Positions 9,287 to 17,764 of a DNA stretch of 64,000 bases are shown in pieces. The stretch lies in the NCBI GenBank assembly GCA_035693505.1, contig DASSGK010000574.1, positions 62 through 64,061 of the forward strand, read 5' to 3'. The notes below the pieces were generated by a model, which ran no database searches, was not told the DNA's origin, and saw nothing but the letters and a program-made list of their open reading frames with translations. A program made the position numbers and the translations under genes. Source of the stretch: Vicinamibacterales bacterium (GTDB taxonomy: Bacteria; Acidobacteriota; Vicinamibacteria; Vicinamibacterales; CAVVIG01). Numbering within the stretch: the first letter of the stretch is position 1; each line of letters starts with the position of its first letter.

Positions 9287-10069
9287 TCACCGCGGTGCCA
9301 TGCGGATCGCGCCATCCAGTCGCACGCACTCGCCGTTCAAGTAACCAGTCGTGATCATGAACTCGGCGAGCGCAGCGTACTCATCGGGGTGACCCAGCCG
9401 CTTGGGGAATGGCACCGACGCGGCCAGCCCGCTCTTCACATGCTCGGGCAGCCGGGCCAGCAGCGGCGTGTCGAAGATGCCTGGCAGGATCGTATTGACG
9501 CGAATGCCCTCGGTCATCAGATCACGCGCAATCGGCAGCGTCATGCCGACGATCCCGGCCTTCGAAGCCGAGTACGATGCCTGACCGATCTGGCCGTCCT
9601 GCGCCGCCACGGACGCGGTGTTGACGATCGCGCCGCGTTCGCCATCGTCCAGGGCGGGCAGCGTCATCATGCCGGCCGCGGATTTTGCCGTGCAACGGAA
9701 AGTCCCCACGAGGTTGATCTGAACCACGCGGTTGAATTCGGCGCTGGGGAACGACATGATCGCGCCAGTGGCCTTGTCGCGGCTGGCGGTTTTGATTGCC
9801 TGGCCGGTGCCGGCACAGTTGACGAGGATGCGCTCTTGACCGATCGCCGCGCGCGCTTTGGCGAACCCGGCGTCCACCTGCTCTTCGCTGGTGACGTCCA
9901 CGTTGCAGAACACGCCGCCCAGTTCAGCGGCGAGCGCCTCGCCGAAGGCCGCGTTCATGTCGAACAGCGCGACCTTGACGCCATGAGCCGCGAGGCGGCG
10001 CGCGGTGGCCGCGCCCAGGCCGGAGGCGCCGCCGGTGATGATGGCCGAGATGCTGGAGGAGAGTTTCAT
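9287..10069 (-). CDS. SDR-family oxidoreductase, 3-hydroxyacyl-CoA dehydrogenase (type II)-like
   Basis: 'AIITGGASGLG' cofactor motif, 'NCAG', and 'YSASKAGIVGMT' (YxxxK). Confidence 0.9.
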   Translation of the reverse strand: MKLSSSISAIITGGASGLGAATARRLAAHGVKVALFDMNAAFGEALAAELGGVFCNVDVTSEEQVDAGFAKARAAIGQERILVNCAGTGQAIKTASRDKATGAIMSFPSAEFNRVVQINLVGTFRCTAKSAAGMMTLPALDDGERGAIVNTASVAAQDGQIGQASYSASKAGIVGMTLPIARDLMTEGIRVNTILPGIFDTPLLARLPEHVKSGLAASVPFPKRLGHPDEYAALAEFMITTGYLNGECVRLDGAIRMAPR

Positions 10070-11273
10070 GGCTGAAGCTTATATCGTCGCTGCCGTCCGC
10101 ACGGCAGGAGGCAGGCGCGGCGGCCGGCTTTCGGGCTGGCATCCTGCGGACCTGGCTGCACAGGTCATCGACGCGCTGGTCGATCGCACCAACGCCGACC
10201 CGGCGCTGGTGGACGACGTGATCATGGGCTGCGTGCTGCAGGCCGGCGAACAGAGCGGCTGCATCGGCCGCATGGCGGTGCTCGCTTCGAAGCTGCCGAA
10301 ATCGGTTCCGGGAGTCACCATCGATCGGCAATGCGGTTCGTCGCAGCAGGCGCTGCATTTCGCCGCTCAAGCGGTGATGTCCGGCGCGATGGACTGCGTC
10401 ATCGCCGCGGGCGTGGAGAGCATGTCGCGGATTCCGATGTCGGCGTTGTCGAAAATCTACAAGGACGCCGGCCTCGGGCACTACATGAGTCCGACGATCC
10501 GCGCGCGCTACCCGGGTCCCGAGTTCAGCCAGTTCATGGGCGCGGAGATGATGGCGGAGAAATACCAGATCTCCAGGGACGCGCTCGATTGCTATTCGCT
10601 GCAAAGCCATCAGCGCGCGACGCAGGCCACGCGAGAGGGGAGTTTCACGGCCGAGATCGTGCCGGTGGCGGTGCGCGTCGCCGGACCAGGCGGCGATGCG
10701 GTCACCGACGTGATTCACGACGAGATGCATGTCGCAGACGAAGGCATCCGCATGGACGCGACGCTGGAAGGCATCCGCGGCGTGAAGCTGCTGCGCGAAG
10801 GCGGTCGCATCACGGCCGCCAGCGCCAGTCAGATCTGCGACGGCGCGAGCGGCGTTGTCGTAGTCAACGATCGCGGCCTGAAGGCGATGGGCGTGCCGCC
10901 ACTCGCGCGCATTCACCATATGACCGTGATCGGCGGCGATCCGGTGATCATGCTCGAGGCGCCCCTGCCGGCCACGCACCACGCGCTGAAGAAGGCCGGC
11001 ATGACCATCGACGACATCGATCTCTTCGAGGTGAACGAGGCGTTCGCCTCGGTCCCGCTGGCCTGGCTGCAGGACACCGGCGCCGACCCGGCGCGATTGA
11101 ACGTCAACGGCGGCGCGATCGCGATGGGTCACCCGCTCGGTGCCTCGGGCACGAGGCTGATGGCCACGCTGGTCCATGCGCTGCAGGCACGGGGCAAGCG
11201 CTACGGTCTGCAGACGATGTGCGAAGGCGGCGGCCAGGCGAACGTGACGATCGTCGAGCGGCTCAAGACCTGA
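10068..11273 (+). CDS. Acetyl-CoA C-acyltransferase (thiolase)
   Basis: 'MAEAYIVAAVRTAGGRRGG', active-site region 'DRQCGSSQQALHFAAQAV', and C-terminal 'NVNGGAIAMGHPLGASG' and 'CEGGGQA'. Confidence 0.92.
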   Translation: MAEAYIVAAVRTAGGRRGGRLSGWHPADLAAQVIDALVDRTNADPALVDDVIMGCVLQAGEQSGCIGRMAVLASKLPKSVPGVTIDRQCGSSQQALHFAAQAVMSGAMDCVIAAGVESMSRIPMSALSKIYKDAGLGHYMSPTIRARYPGPEFSQFMGAEMMAEKYQISRDALDCYSLQSHQRATQATREGSFTAEIVPVAVRVAGPGGDAVTDVIHDEMHVADEGIRMDATLEGIRGVKLLREGGRITAASASQICDGASGVVVVNDRGLKAMGVPPLARIHHMTVIGGDPVIMLEAPLPATHHALKKAGMTIDDIDLFEVNEAFASVPLAWLQDTGADPARLNVNGGAIAMGHPLGASGTRLMATLVHALQARGKRYGLQTMCEGGGQANVTIVERLKT

Positions 11274-11293
11274 CGTCTGGCCGATCGGAACAT

Positions 11294-11938
11294 TCAGCCG
11301 GGTAGCAGCGCGGCGATCATCGCGTCAGCGATGAATCGTCCGTATCGTTCGACGGCCCAGCCTCGCCTGATCACGAGCATGTCGTAGAGTTCGGGCGAAC
11401 TGTAGGTCCACAACACATCCGTCGCTTCAGCGAGTGTGATGCCGCGCCGCAGATGTCCGGCCTCGAGCAGCGTGCGTGCGTTGTGCGTCATGCGCGTCAG
11501 CCTGGCGGCATCCATCTCCGCCTGCAGGCCGGCCAGTTCCGGGTCGCTGGCGGCCGCATCACGCACCAGCAGCAGCACAGGTGCCACGCGTGGCGCCACC
11601 TCCATGGTCAGCACACCCCATCCCTGAATGATCTGACGCGGGTCTTTCTCGCTCGCCTGCATCCGGTCCGATCGGCGCTCGGCGTGCACCGGTCCCGCGC
11701 CGGCGAGCGCCTGGTCCCGGATCGCACGCACCAGCGCGATCTTGTTGCCGAAGGCCTTGTAGACCGTCTCTTCCGAGACGCCGGCGTCCTCGGCGATTCT
11801 CGCGATCGTGGTGCCGGAGAACCCCTCGCGCAGGAAGAGACGGCGCGCCGCCTCGACGACCGCGGCACGTCGCCGTTGCGCCGCGTGCTGACGTCGCGCG
11901 GAGTCGTACCGCCGTGTGCGCTTGACTTTCGCCGCCAT
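11294..11938 (-). CDS. TetR-family transcriptional regulator
   Basis: HTH region 'AARRLFLREGFSGTTIARIAEDAGVSEETVYKAFGNKIALV'. Confidence 0.9.
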   Translation of the reverse strand: MAAKVKRTRRYDSARRQHAAQRRRAAVVEAARRLFLREGFSGTTIARIAEDAGVSEETVYKAFGNKIALVRAIRDQALAGAGPVHAERRSDRMQASEKDPRQIIQGWGVLTMEVAPRVAPVLLLVRDAAASDPELAGLQAEMDAARLTRMTHNARTLLEAGHLRRGITLAEATDVLWTYSSPELYDMLVIRRGWAVERYGRFIADAMIAALLPG

Positions 11939-11992
11939 GAAGCAGAGTATAATTTAATTACAGTTTAACAGTATCTAATATGAGGTCACCTG
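11939..11992. promoter_or_regulatory. AT-rich divergent promoter/operator region between the TetR gene and the NTF2-like gene
   Basis: This is the only strongly A/T-rich island nearby. A perfect TATAAT lies at 11948..11953 (+). TTGACT lies 20 nt upstream, which is longer than the optimal spacing. A direct ACAGT-TTA-ACAGT repeat sits at about 11960..11972. GAGG lies 7 nt before ATG 11993. Confidence 0.4.
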
Positions 11993-12457
11993 ATGATGCA
12001 CGACGACACGATCGATGGCACGGCCGGCGTGCTCACGCGACTCGAGCGGGCCACGAATGCGCGGGACATCAACACACTGGTGGCGTGCTTCGCACCGGAC
12101 TACCGGAACGAGACGCCCGCTCACCCTGCGCGCAGCTTTGTCGGCCGCGACCAGGTCCGGCGGAACTGGGAGCAAATCTTCGCCGGTATCCCTGACCTCA
12201 CGGCAAAGGTGCTGCGCTCGGCTGTCAACGGGAACGAGGCATGGACCGAGTGGGAACACCGCGGCACGCGCCGCGATGGGTCGATGCACCTGATGCGCGG
12301 AGTGGTCATTTTCGGCGTGTCCGATGGACTCTTGACCTGGGCGCGCTTCTATCTCGAGCCGGTTCAGGAAGCCAGCGAGAATGTCGATGCGGCGGTTCGC
12401 CAGCAGATTGCTCCCGGAGGCGCGTCTCCTGCCGCGTCAACGACGGAGCGACGGTGA
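11993..12457 (+). CDS. NTF2-like / SnoaL-like domain protein
   Basis: 'LERATNARDINTLVACFAPDYRNE...GRDQVRRNWEQIF...' fits the SnoaL-like pattern. Small alpha+beta size. Confidence 0.7.
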   Translation: MMHDDTIDGTAGVLTRLERATNARDINTLVACFAPDYRNETPAHPARSFVGRDQVRRNWEQIFAGIPDLTAKVLRSAVNGNEAWTEWEHRGTRRDGSMHLMRGVVIFGVSDGLLTWARFYLEPVQEASENVDAAVRQQIAPGGASPAASTTERR

Positions 12458-13335
12458 TCCTCGTCGCCGGCGGAAGCGGGCGCCTGGGAACTCTGATCGT
12501 GCGGCGGTTGGCGGCGCGAGGTCTGCGCGTTCGGGTGCTGACGCGCGATCGGAACCGGGCCGCGCACATCGAGGGCAGCGCGGTCGAAGTCATGGAAGGC
12601 GACGTGCGCGACAACCGCTGCCTCGGCCTCGCGATGGTGGGCGTGGAGACGGTTGTGTCCGCGATTCATGGATTCGGCGACATCGGCAACGTGTCGCCGG
12701 CCTCTGTCGATCGCGACGGCAATCGCCATCTCGTCGATGCGGCGGTCGCTGCGAACGCCGCTGTCGTGCTCATATCGATCGTGGGGGCGTCGGCCGAGCA
12801 TCCGATCGAGCTCTTTCGGATGAAGCACGCGGCCGAGGAGCACTTGCGAGCGAGCGGCGCAGAGTGGACCATCGTGCGCGCGACGGCCTTCGCCGAGTTC
12901 TGGCTCGACCTGCTCGACAAGACATCTGGCCCCTCCGGCCGGCCCGTCGTATTCGGTCGAGGCACCAATCGCATCAACTTTGTGTCGGTGTCCGACGTCG
13001 CGGCGCTGGCCGAACGAGCCGTCATTGATCCGTCAGCGCGTGGTGCCGTGTTTGAGATTGGCGGCCCGGAGGATGTGTCGTTCAACGAACTTGCGACGCG
13101 CCTCCAACGAGCGGCCGGGCGCACGTCGCCCCCCAGGCACGTGCCTCGGGCGATGCTGCGCCTTCTCGCCGCGGGCCTCGGACGGATCAGGCCGAACCGT
13201 GCGCGCCAGATGCGTGCGGCCATTGTGATGGACACCATCGATCTGACGTTTGTGCCGGGCGATCTCCATGCCCGGTTCCCGGAATCTCCGGTGACATCGC
13301 TGGCGGACATCCTTGCGGCTCGCTCGACTGTGTGA
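12454..13335 (+). CDS. NmrA-like / atypical SDR NAD(P)-binding protein
   Basis: GTG 12454 overlaps the upstream stop (GTGA). 'VILVAGGSGRLGTLIVRRLAARGLRVRVLTRD' is a Rossmann motif. Confidence 0.8.
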   Translation: MILVAGGSGRLGTLIVRRLAARGLRVRVLTRDRNRAAHIEGSAVEVMEGDVRDNRCLGLAMVGVETVVSAIHGFGDIGNVSPASVDRDGNRHLVDAAVAANAAVVLISIVGASAEHPIELFRMKHAAEEHLRASGAEWTIVRATAFAEFWLDLLDKTSGPSGRPVVFGRGTNRINFVSVSDVAALAERAVIDPSARGAVFEIGGPEDVSFNELATRLQRAAGRTSPPRHVPRAMLRLLAAGLGRIRPNRARQMRAAIVMDTIDLTFVPGDLHARFPESPVTSLADILAARSTV

Positions 13336-13392
13336 ACACTCGTACGAATCGTCTCCACGACCGACAGACGTGTATGAGTCGCATCGACGAGC

Positions 13393-13524
13393 TCACGCGA
13401 TTCGCTGCGTGGGCAGGCCTGCCTCCTGCCATGCCTGAAAACCCCCGTGGAGGGCCCGCACACGTGTGAAGCCGCGGTCCAGCAGTACGCGCGCCAAACT
13501 GGCGCTCGAGGCCTCGCTCGGTCA
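13393..13524 (-). other. In-frame continuation of the rhodanese domain after TGA (possible Sec recoding, or remnant after a nonsense mutation)
   Basis: Reading through the TGA gives 'PSEASSASLARVLLDRGFTRVRALHGGFQAWQEAGLPTQRIA', then TGA at 13393..13395. This is the expected rhodanese C-terminus ('L.GG..AW...G.P'). An mRNA hairpin GCGCCA-GUU-UGGCGC begins about 17 nt after the UGA. Confidence 0.6.
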
Positions 13525-14322
13525 CGTGCAGTAGAGAATGATCTCCTTGTTGATGGGGATGGTGTTGATGTGTCTCTCGAATTCACCGGGCGGGATGCGC
13601 CTCGCCCCCGGGACCATTTGCGCAGAGCCGGCGAATGCCTGCTCGCTTCGCAAATCGATCACCAGGACCTCAGGCGGCTCCATGGCGAGAAGTCGTTGCA
13701 GCTCGTCGATGCCGACGCGGGCGACGGCATAGTGGCGCACGAGCCAACGCCTCTCGTACAGCTTCCACGCGACGAAGACCAGCACGGCGACGACGCCCAG
13801 CATTTCGAGAGCTCGCTGCGTGCGCATCACGTGCGGAAGCACACGCCTCCCGTACACGACTCCCGAGACGACGGCTGCCGCCGACCACGCCATCGACGCG
13901 GCGCCGTCGATGGCCGCGAATTGCAGGGGAGACATGCCGAGAATCCCGGCGAGCGGCGCCACCATCAGGCTGAAACCAGGAATGAATTTGGCAGCGGCGA
14001 CCGTCATGGCTGGACGGCGGCGGAACCGGCGTTCCGCTCGTCCCACGCACGCGTCGGGGTTGAGCGACAGCCGGCAGAGCAGTCCCAGCACCCGCCGGCC
14101 CTGGACCCGTCCGAAGGCAAACCAGATCAGATCCCCCATCCAGAAGCCGCACGCGCTCGCAAACACGAGCGGCATCGCGGAAAGCCGGTACTCGGCGGCG
14201 ATGCTCCCCGCGAGCAACAGCAATGGGAACGCCGGCAGCGGCGCGCCGAGGCTCTCGAGGAACGAAGCGGCGCAAACAACGGCGAGTCCGTGAGCGAGCA
14301 GTAGAGTCAGCACTCTCCCCAA
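13522..14322 (-). CDS. DedA-family membrane domain fused to a rhodanese domain; the ORF ends at an in-frame TGA inside the rhodanese active-site loop
   Basis: DedA-like region 'FLESLGAPLPAFPLLLLAG...FGRVQGRRVL...AAKFIPGFS'. Rhodanese beginning 'VLVIDLRSEQAF...IPPGEFERHINTIPINKEIILYCT' followed by TGA at 13522..13524. Confidence 0.85.
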   Translation of the reverse strand: MGRVLTLLLAHGLAVVCAASFLESLGAPLPAFPLLLLAGSIAAEYRLSAMPLVFASACGFWMGDLIWFAFGRVQGRRVLGLLCRLSLNPDACVGRAERRFRRRPAMTVAAAKFIPGFSLMVAPLAGILGMSPLQFAAIDGAASMAWSAAAVVSGVVYGRRVLPHVMRTQRALEMLGVVAVLVFVAWKLYERRWLVRHYAVARVGIDELQRLLAMEPPEVLVIDLRSEQAFAGSAQMVPGARRIPPGEFERHINTIPINKEIILYCT

Positions 14323-14367
14323 TTGTCTTTCAATTCGTGAGATCCTGATCGAACGAGGCGCTTCCAG

Positions 14368-16026
14368 ATGATTGATGTCAGTCCGCTTGCCGGCAAGGCT
14401 CCCGATCCCTCATCGCTGATCAATACGGCACGGCTGGTCGCGGCGTACTACACGGAACGGCCTGACGCATCGGTACCCGGACAGCGTGTGAGCTTTGGCA
14501 CGTCGGGCCACCGCGGATCCTCGTTGACCGTCACGTTCAACGAATGGCACGTTCTCGCCATCGCGCAGGCGATTTGCCGCTACCGGAAGGAACGCGGCAT
14601 CGACGGCCCGTTGTTCCTGGGCATTGATACCCACGCGCTATCCGAGCCGGCATTTCGCAGCGCCGTGGAGGTGTTGGCAGCCAACGATGTGGCCGTCCAC
14701 ATCTCCGCGAATGACGAGTACACGCCGACGCCCTCGGTATCGCTCGCGATCCTCACGCACAATCGGGGACGGTCGAGCGGCCTTGCCGACGGCATCGTGA
14801 TCACGCCGTCGCACAACCCGCCCGACGACGGCGGCTTCAAATACAACCCGCCGCACGGCGGGCCGGCCGGTTCCGACGTCACGGCGTTGATCGAAACGCT
14901 GGCGAACGAGATGCTCACCGGCAACCTGGCGGCAGTGAAGCGCATATCGTTCGAGCGCGCGCTGCGCGCGCCGACCACGCGTCGCCACGATTTCCTCCAG
15001 GCGTACGTCGCCGACCTGGCCAGCGTGATTGATCTCGAGCTGATTCGAGCGTCCCGGCTCGCGTTGGGCGTCGACCCGCTCGGCGGTGCCGGCGTTCACT
15101 ATTGGCCGGCGATCGCAGAGCGCTATGGCCTGAACCTCACCGTCACGAATACGCAGGTCGATCCGACATTTCGTTTCATGGACGTGGACTGGGACGGACG
15201 TATTCGCATGGATCCTTCTTCACGCTACGCGATGCAGTCGCTCATCGGACTGCGCGATCGGTTCGATGTCGCCGTTGCCTGCGATACCGACCACGATCGC
15301 CATGGCGTGGTCACCAGGAGCGCCGGGTTGCTGCCGCCCAATCAATATCTCGTGGCGTGCACCCAGTATCTGTTCTCCAACCGGAGCCAGTGGGGCGTTT
15401 CGTCTGGCGTGGGCAAGACCGTGGTATCGAGCGCGATGATCGACCGCGTGACCTCCAGGCTGGGGCGATCGTTGTATGAGGTGCCGGTCGGCTTCAAGTG
15501 GTTCGTGGACGGCCTGCTTGGCGGCCGCCTTGGTTTCGTCGGAGAAGAAAGCGCGGGCGCTTCGTTCCTGCGAAGGGACGGCACGGTGTGGACGACCGAC
15601 AAGGACGGGATCATTGCCGCGCTCCTGGCGGCGGAGATGACCGCGAAGACCAGCCGCGATCCCGGTGAGATCTACGCCGACATCGCGCGCGACTCAGGCG
15701 ATCCCGTTTACGAACGAATCGATGCACCGGCATCGCACGCGCAGAAGACTGCGCTTGCGCAGTTGTCCCCGAAGGACGTGCATTCCGAGCGCCTCGCCGG
15801 CGATCCCATCCGGCAAATCCTGACGAGCGCGCCGGGCAACCACGAGCCGATCGGCGGGCTGAAGGTGAGCTCGGACATCGGGTGGTTCGCCGCGAGACCC
15901 TCCGGCACCGAGGAGATCTACAAGATCTATGCAGAGAGCTTCAGCGGCCCCGATCATCTGCGACGCATTCAAGACGACGCCCGCGCCATTGTTGCAGAGG
16001 CACTGAACAGCGCGCCTGCACAATAG
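14368..16026 (+). CDS. pgm: Phosphoglucomutase (alpha-D-glucose phosphate-specific)
   Basis: 'FGTSGHRGSS' and 'ITPSHNPPDDGGFKYN' (phosphoserine loop), 'DTDHDRHG' metal loop, and 'GEESAGASF'. Confidence 0.93.
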   Translation: MIDVSPLAGKAPDPSSLINTARLVAAYYTERPDASVPGQRVSFGTSGHRGSSLTVTFNEWHVLAIAQAICRYRKERGIDGPLFLGIDTHALSEPAFRSAVEVLAANDVAVHISANDEYTPTPSVSLAILTHNRGRSSGLADGIVITPSHNPPDDGGFKYNPPHGGPAGSDVTALIETLANEMLTGNLAAVKRISFERALRAPTTRRHDFLQAYVADLASVIDLELIRASRLALGVDPLGGAGVHYWPAIAERYGLNLTVTNTQVDPTFRFMDVDWDGRIRMDPSSRYAMQSLIGLRDRFDVAVACDTDHDRHGVVTRSAGLLPPNQYLVACTQYLFSNRSQWGVSSGVGKTVVSSAMIDRVTSRLGRSLYEVPVGFKWFVDGLLGGRLGFVGEESAGASFLRRDGTVWTTDKDGIIAALLAAEMTAKTSRDPGEIYADIARDSGDPVYERIDAPASHAQKTALAQLSPKDVHSERLAGDPIRQILTSAPGNHEPIGGLKVSSDIGWFAARPSGTEEIYKIYAESFSGPDHLRRIQDDARAIVAEALNSAPAQ

Positions 16027-16129
16027 CGGCAGCTCCTGCAGCTCATCCTCAACGGACAGACTTACAAACTCTCTACGGTTGCGCCGCGGAGGTCTCGTGT
16101 CATCGTGCGAATAGCGGAGGATCTTCACG

Positions 16130-17704
16130 ATGGCGATCGAACGATTCCAACTTCCAGGCAGCGAGCGTGAGATTCGCGCCGATGCGCGAGCGGCCGGACG
16201 CGCCGACCCTTTCGAGGTGATTGAAATCAGCGTGCTTCTGCGGAGACGAAGGTCCCTGGATCTTTCCGAGCACCCGGAGCCGATCGGCCGCGAGGAATTC
16301 GAGTCGCGTTACGGCGCCGATCCTGCCGACGTCGAGCGTCTCGAGGCCTTCGCACAAACCTTCGATCTGACCGTCGTCGACATCAGCCTGCCGCGACGGA
16401 CCGTCGTGCTTTCCGGCACGGTCGCGTCGATGAACGAAGCGTTCGGTACCAGACTCGACGTCTACCACTGCGCCGAAGGGACATTCCGCGGGCGGAGTGG
16501 TCCGCTGTATCTGCCCGCCGATCTCGAGCCGGCAGTGGTCGGCGTCTTCGGACTGGACAACCGGCCGCAGGCCCAGATGCGCTGCCGCCGCCACCTGCCG
16601 ATCGCGGGCGCCGCGGCCGCCGCGCCGCAGACGTCTTTCACCCCGCCGCAGGTCGCCGCGCTCTATCACTTTCCGAACGGCGTGACCGGCGCGGGACAGG
16701 CGATCGGGATCATCGAGCTGGGTGGCGGCTACAGGACCGCCGATCTCAAGACGTACTTCACCGGGCTCGGCGTGACGCTGCCGTCGATTACCGCGGTGTC
16801 GGTGGACCGCGCGCGCAATGCGCCCGTCGGCGATCCCGGCAGCGCTGACGGAGAAGTGCTGCTCGACATCGAGATCGCCGGGGCGATCGCACCCGGAGCC
16901 CGGATCGCGGTGTACTTCGCGCCAAACACCGATCAAGGATTCCTGGACGCGATCACGACCGCCGTTCACGACACCGTGCGGAAGACCACGGTGATCTCGA
17001 TCAGCTGGGGAGGACCAGAGTCCACGTGGACAGGGCAGGCGCTCACGGCGATGGATCAGGCCTTTCAGGACGCCGCCGCGCTCGGCGTCACGGTCTGCTG
17101 TTCGTCGGGTGACGACGGATCGAGCGACGGCGTCAGCGACGGCCGGGCTCACGTCGATTTTCCGGCGTCGAGTCCTCACGTGCTTGCGTGCGGCGGCACT
17201 CACATCGTCGATACGAACGGCGCGCTCTCGAGCGAGACGGCCTGGAACGGCGGCGCCGGCGGTGGGGCGACCGGCGGAGGCGTCAGCGAGATCTTCGCGC
17301 TGCCGTCCTTTCAGCAGTCGGCGCACGTGCCGGTGTCGGTGAACCCGTCCCATTTCAAAGGCCGCGGCGTGCCGGACGTCGCCGGGAACGCCGATCCGGC
17401 GACCGGGTTCAAGGTGCACGTGGATGGGCAGGACGTGGTGTTCGGTGGCACGAGCGCCGTGTCGCCGCTGTGGGCGGCACTCGTCGCGCTGCTCAATCAA
17501 CGCCGCGGCGCGCCGCTCGGCTACCTCAATCCGGTGATCTATCCGGTCGGGTCGAAGGTGTGCCGGGACGTCACCTCCGGGACCAACGGGGCGTATAAGG
17601 CGTCGGCCGGCTGGGATCCGTGCACCGGATTTGGTTCGCCGAACGGTTCCGGATTGATCACGTCGCTCGGCTCGAAGAGGTCCGCCGCGACGCAAACCGG
17701 GTAG
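16130..17704 (+). CDS. S53 (sedolisin/kumamolisin-like) serine peptidase with pro-domain
   Basis: Activation-domain-like N-terminus. 'ADGEVLLDIE', 'CCSSGDDGS' and 'FGGTSAVSPLWAALVALLNQ' match the S53 catalytic E/D/S motifs. Confidence 0.88.
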   Translation: MAIERFQLPGSEREIRADARAAGRADPFEVIEISVLLRRRRSLDLSEHPEPIGREEFESRYGADPADVERLEAFAQTFDLTVVDISLPRRTVVLSGTVASMNEAFGTRLDVYHCAEGTFRGRSGPLYLPADLEPAVVGVFGLDNRPQAQMRCRRHLPIAGAAAAAPQTSFTPPQVAALYHFPNGVTGAGQAIGIIELGGGYRTADLKTYFTGLGVTLPSITAVSVDRARNAPVGDPGSADGEVLLDIEIAGAIAPGARIAVYFAPNTDQGFLDAITTAVHDTVRKTTVISISWGGPESTWTGQALTAMDQAFQDAAALGVTVCCSSGDDGSSDGVSDGRAHVDFPASSPHVLACGGTHIVDTNGALSSETAWNGGAGGGATGGGVSEIFALPSFQQSAHVPVSVNPSHFKGRGVPDVAGNADPATGFKVHVDGQDVVFGGTSAVSPLWAALVALLNQRRGAPLGYLNPVIYPVGSKVCRDVTSGTNGAYKASAGWDPCTGFGSPNGSGLITSLGSKRSAATQTG

Positions 17705-17764
17705 GTCCCGGGCGTATACTTCCCTCGACCGAGAACGATCCAGACTCATCCGCGGGAGGGACTC

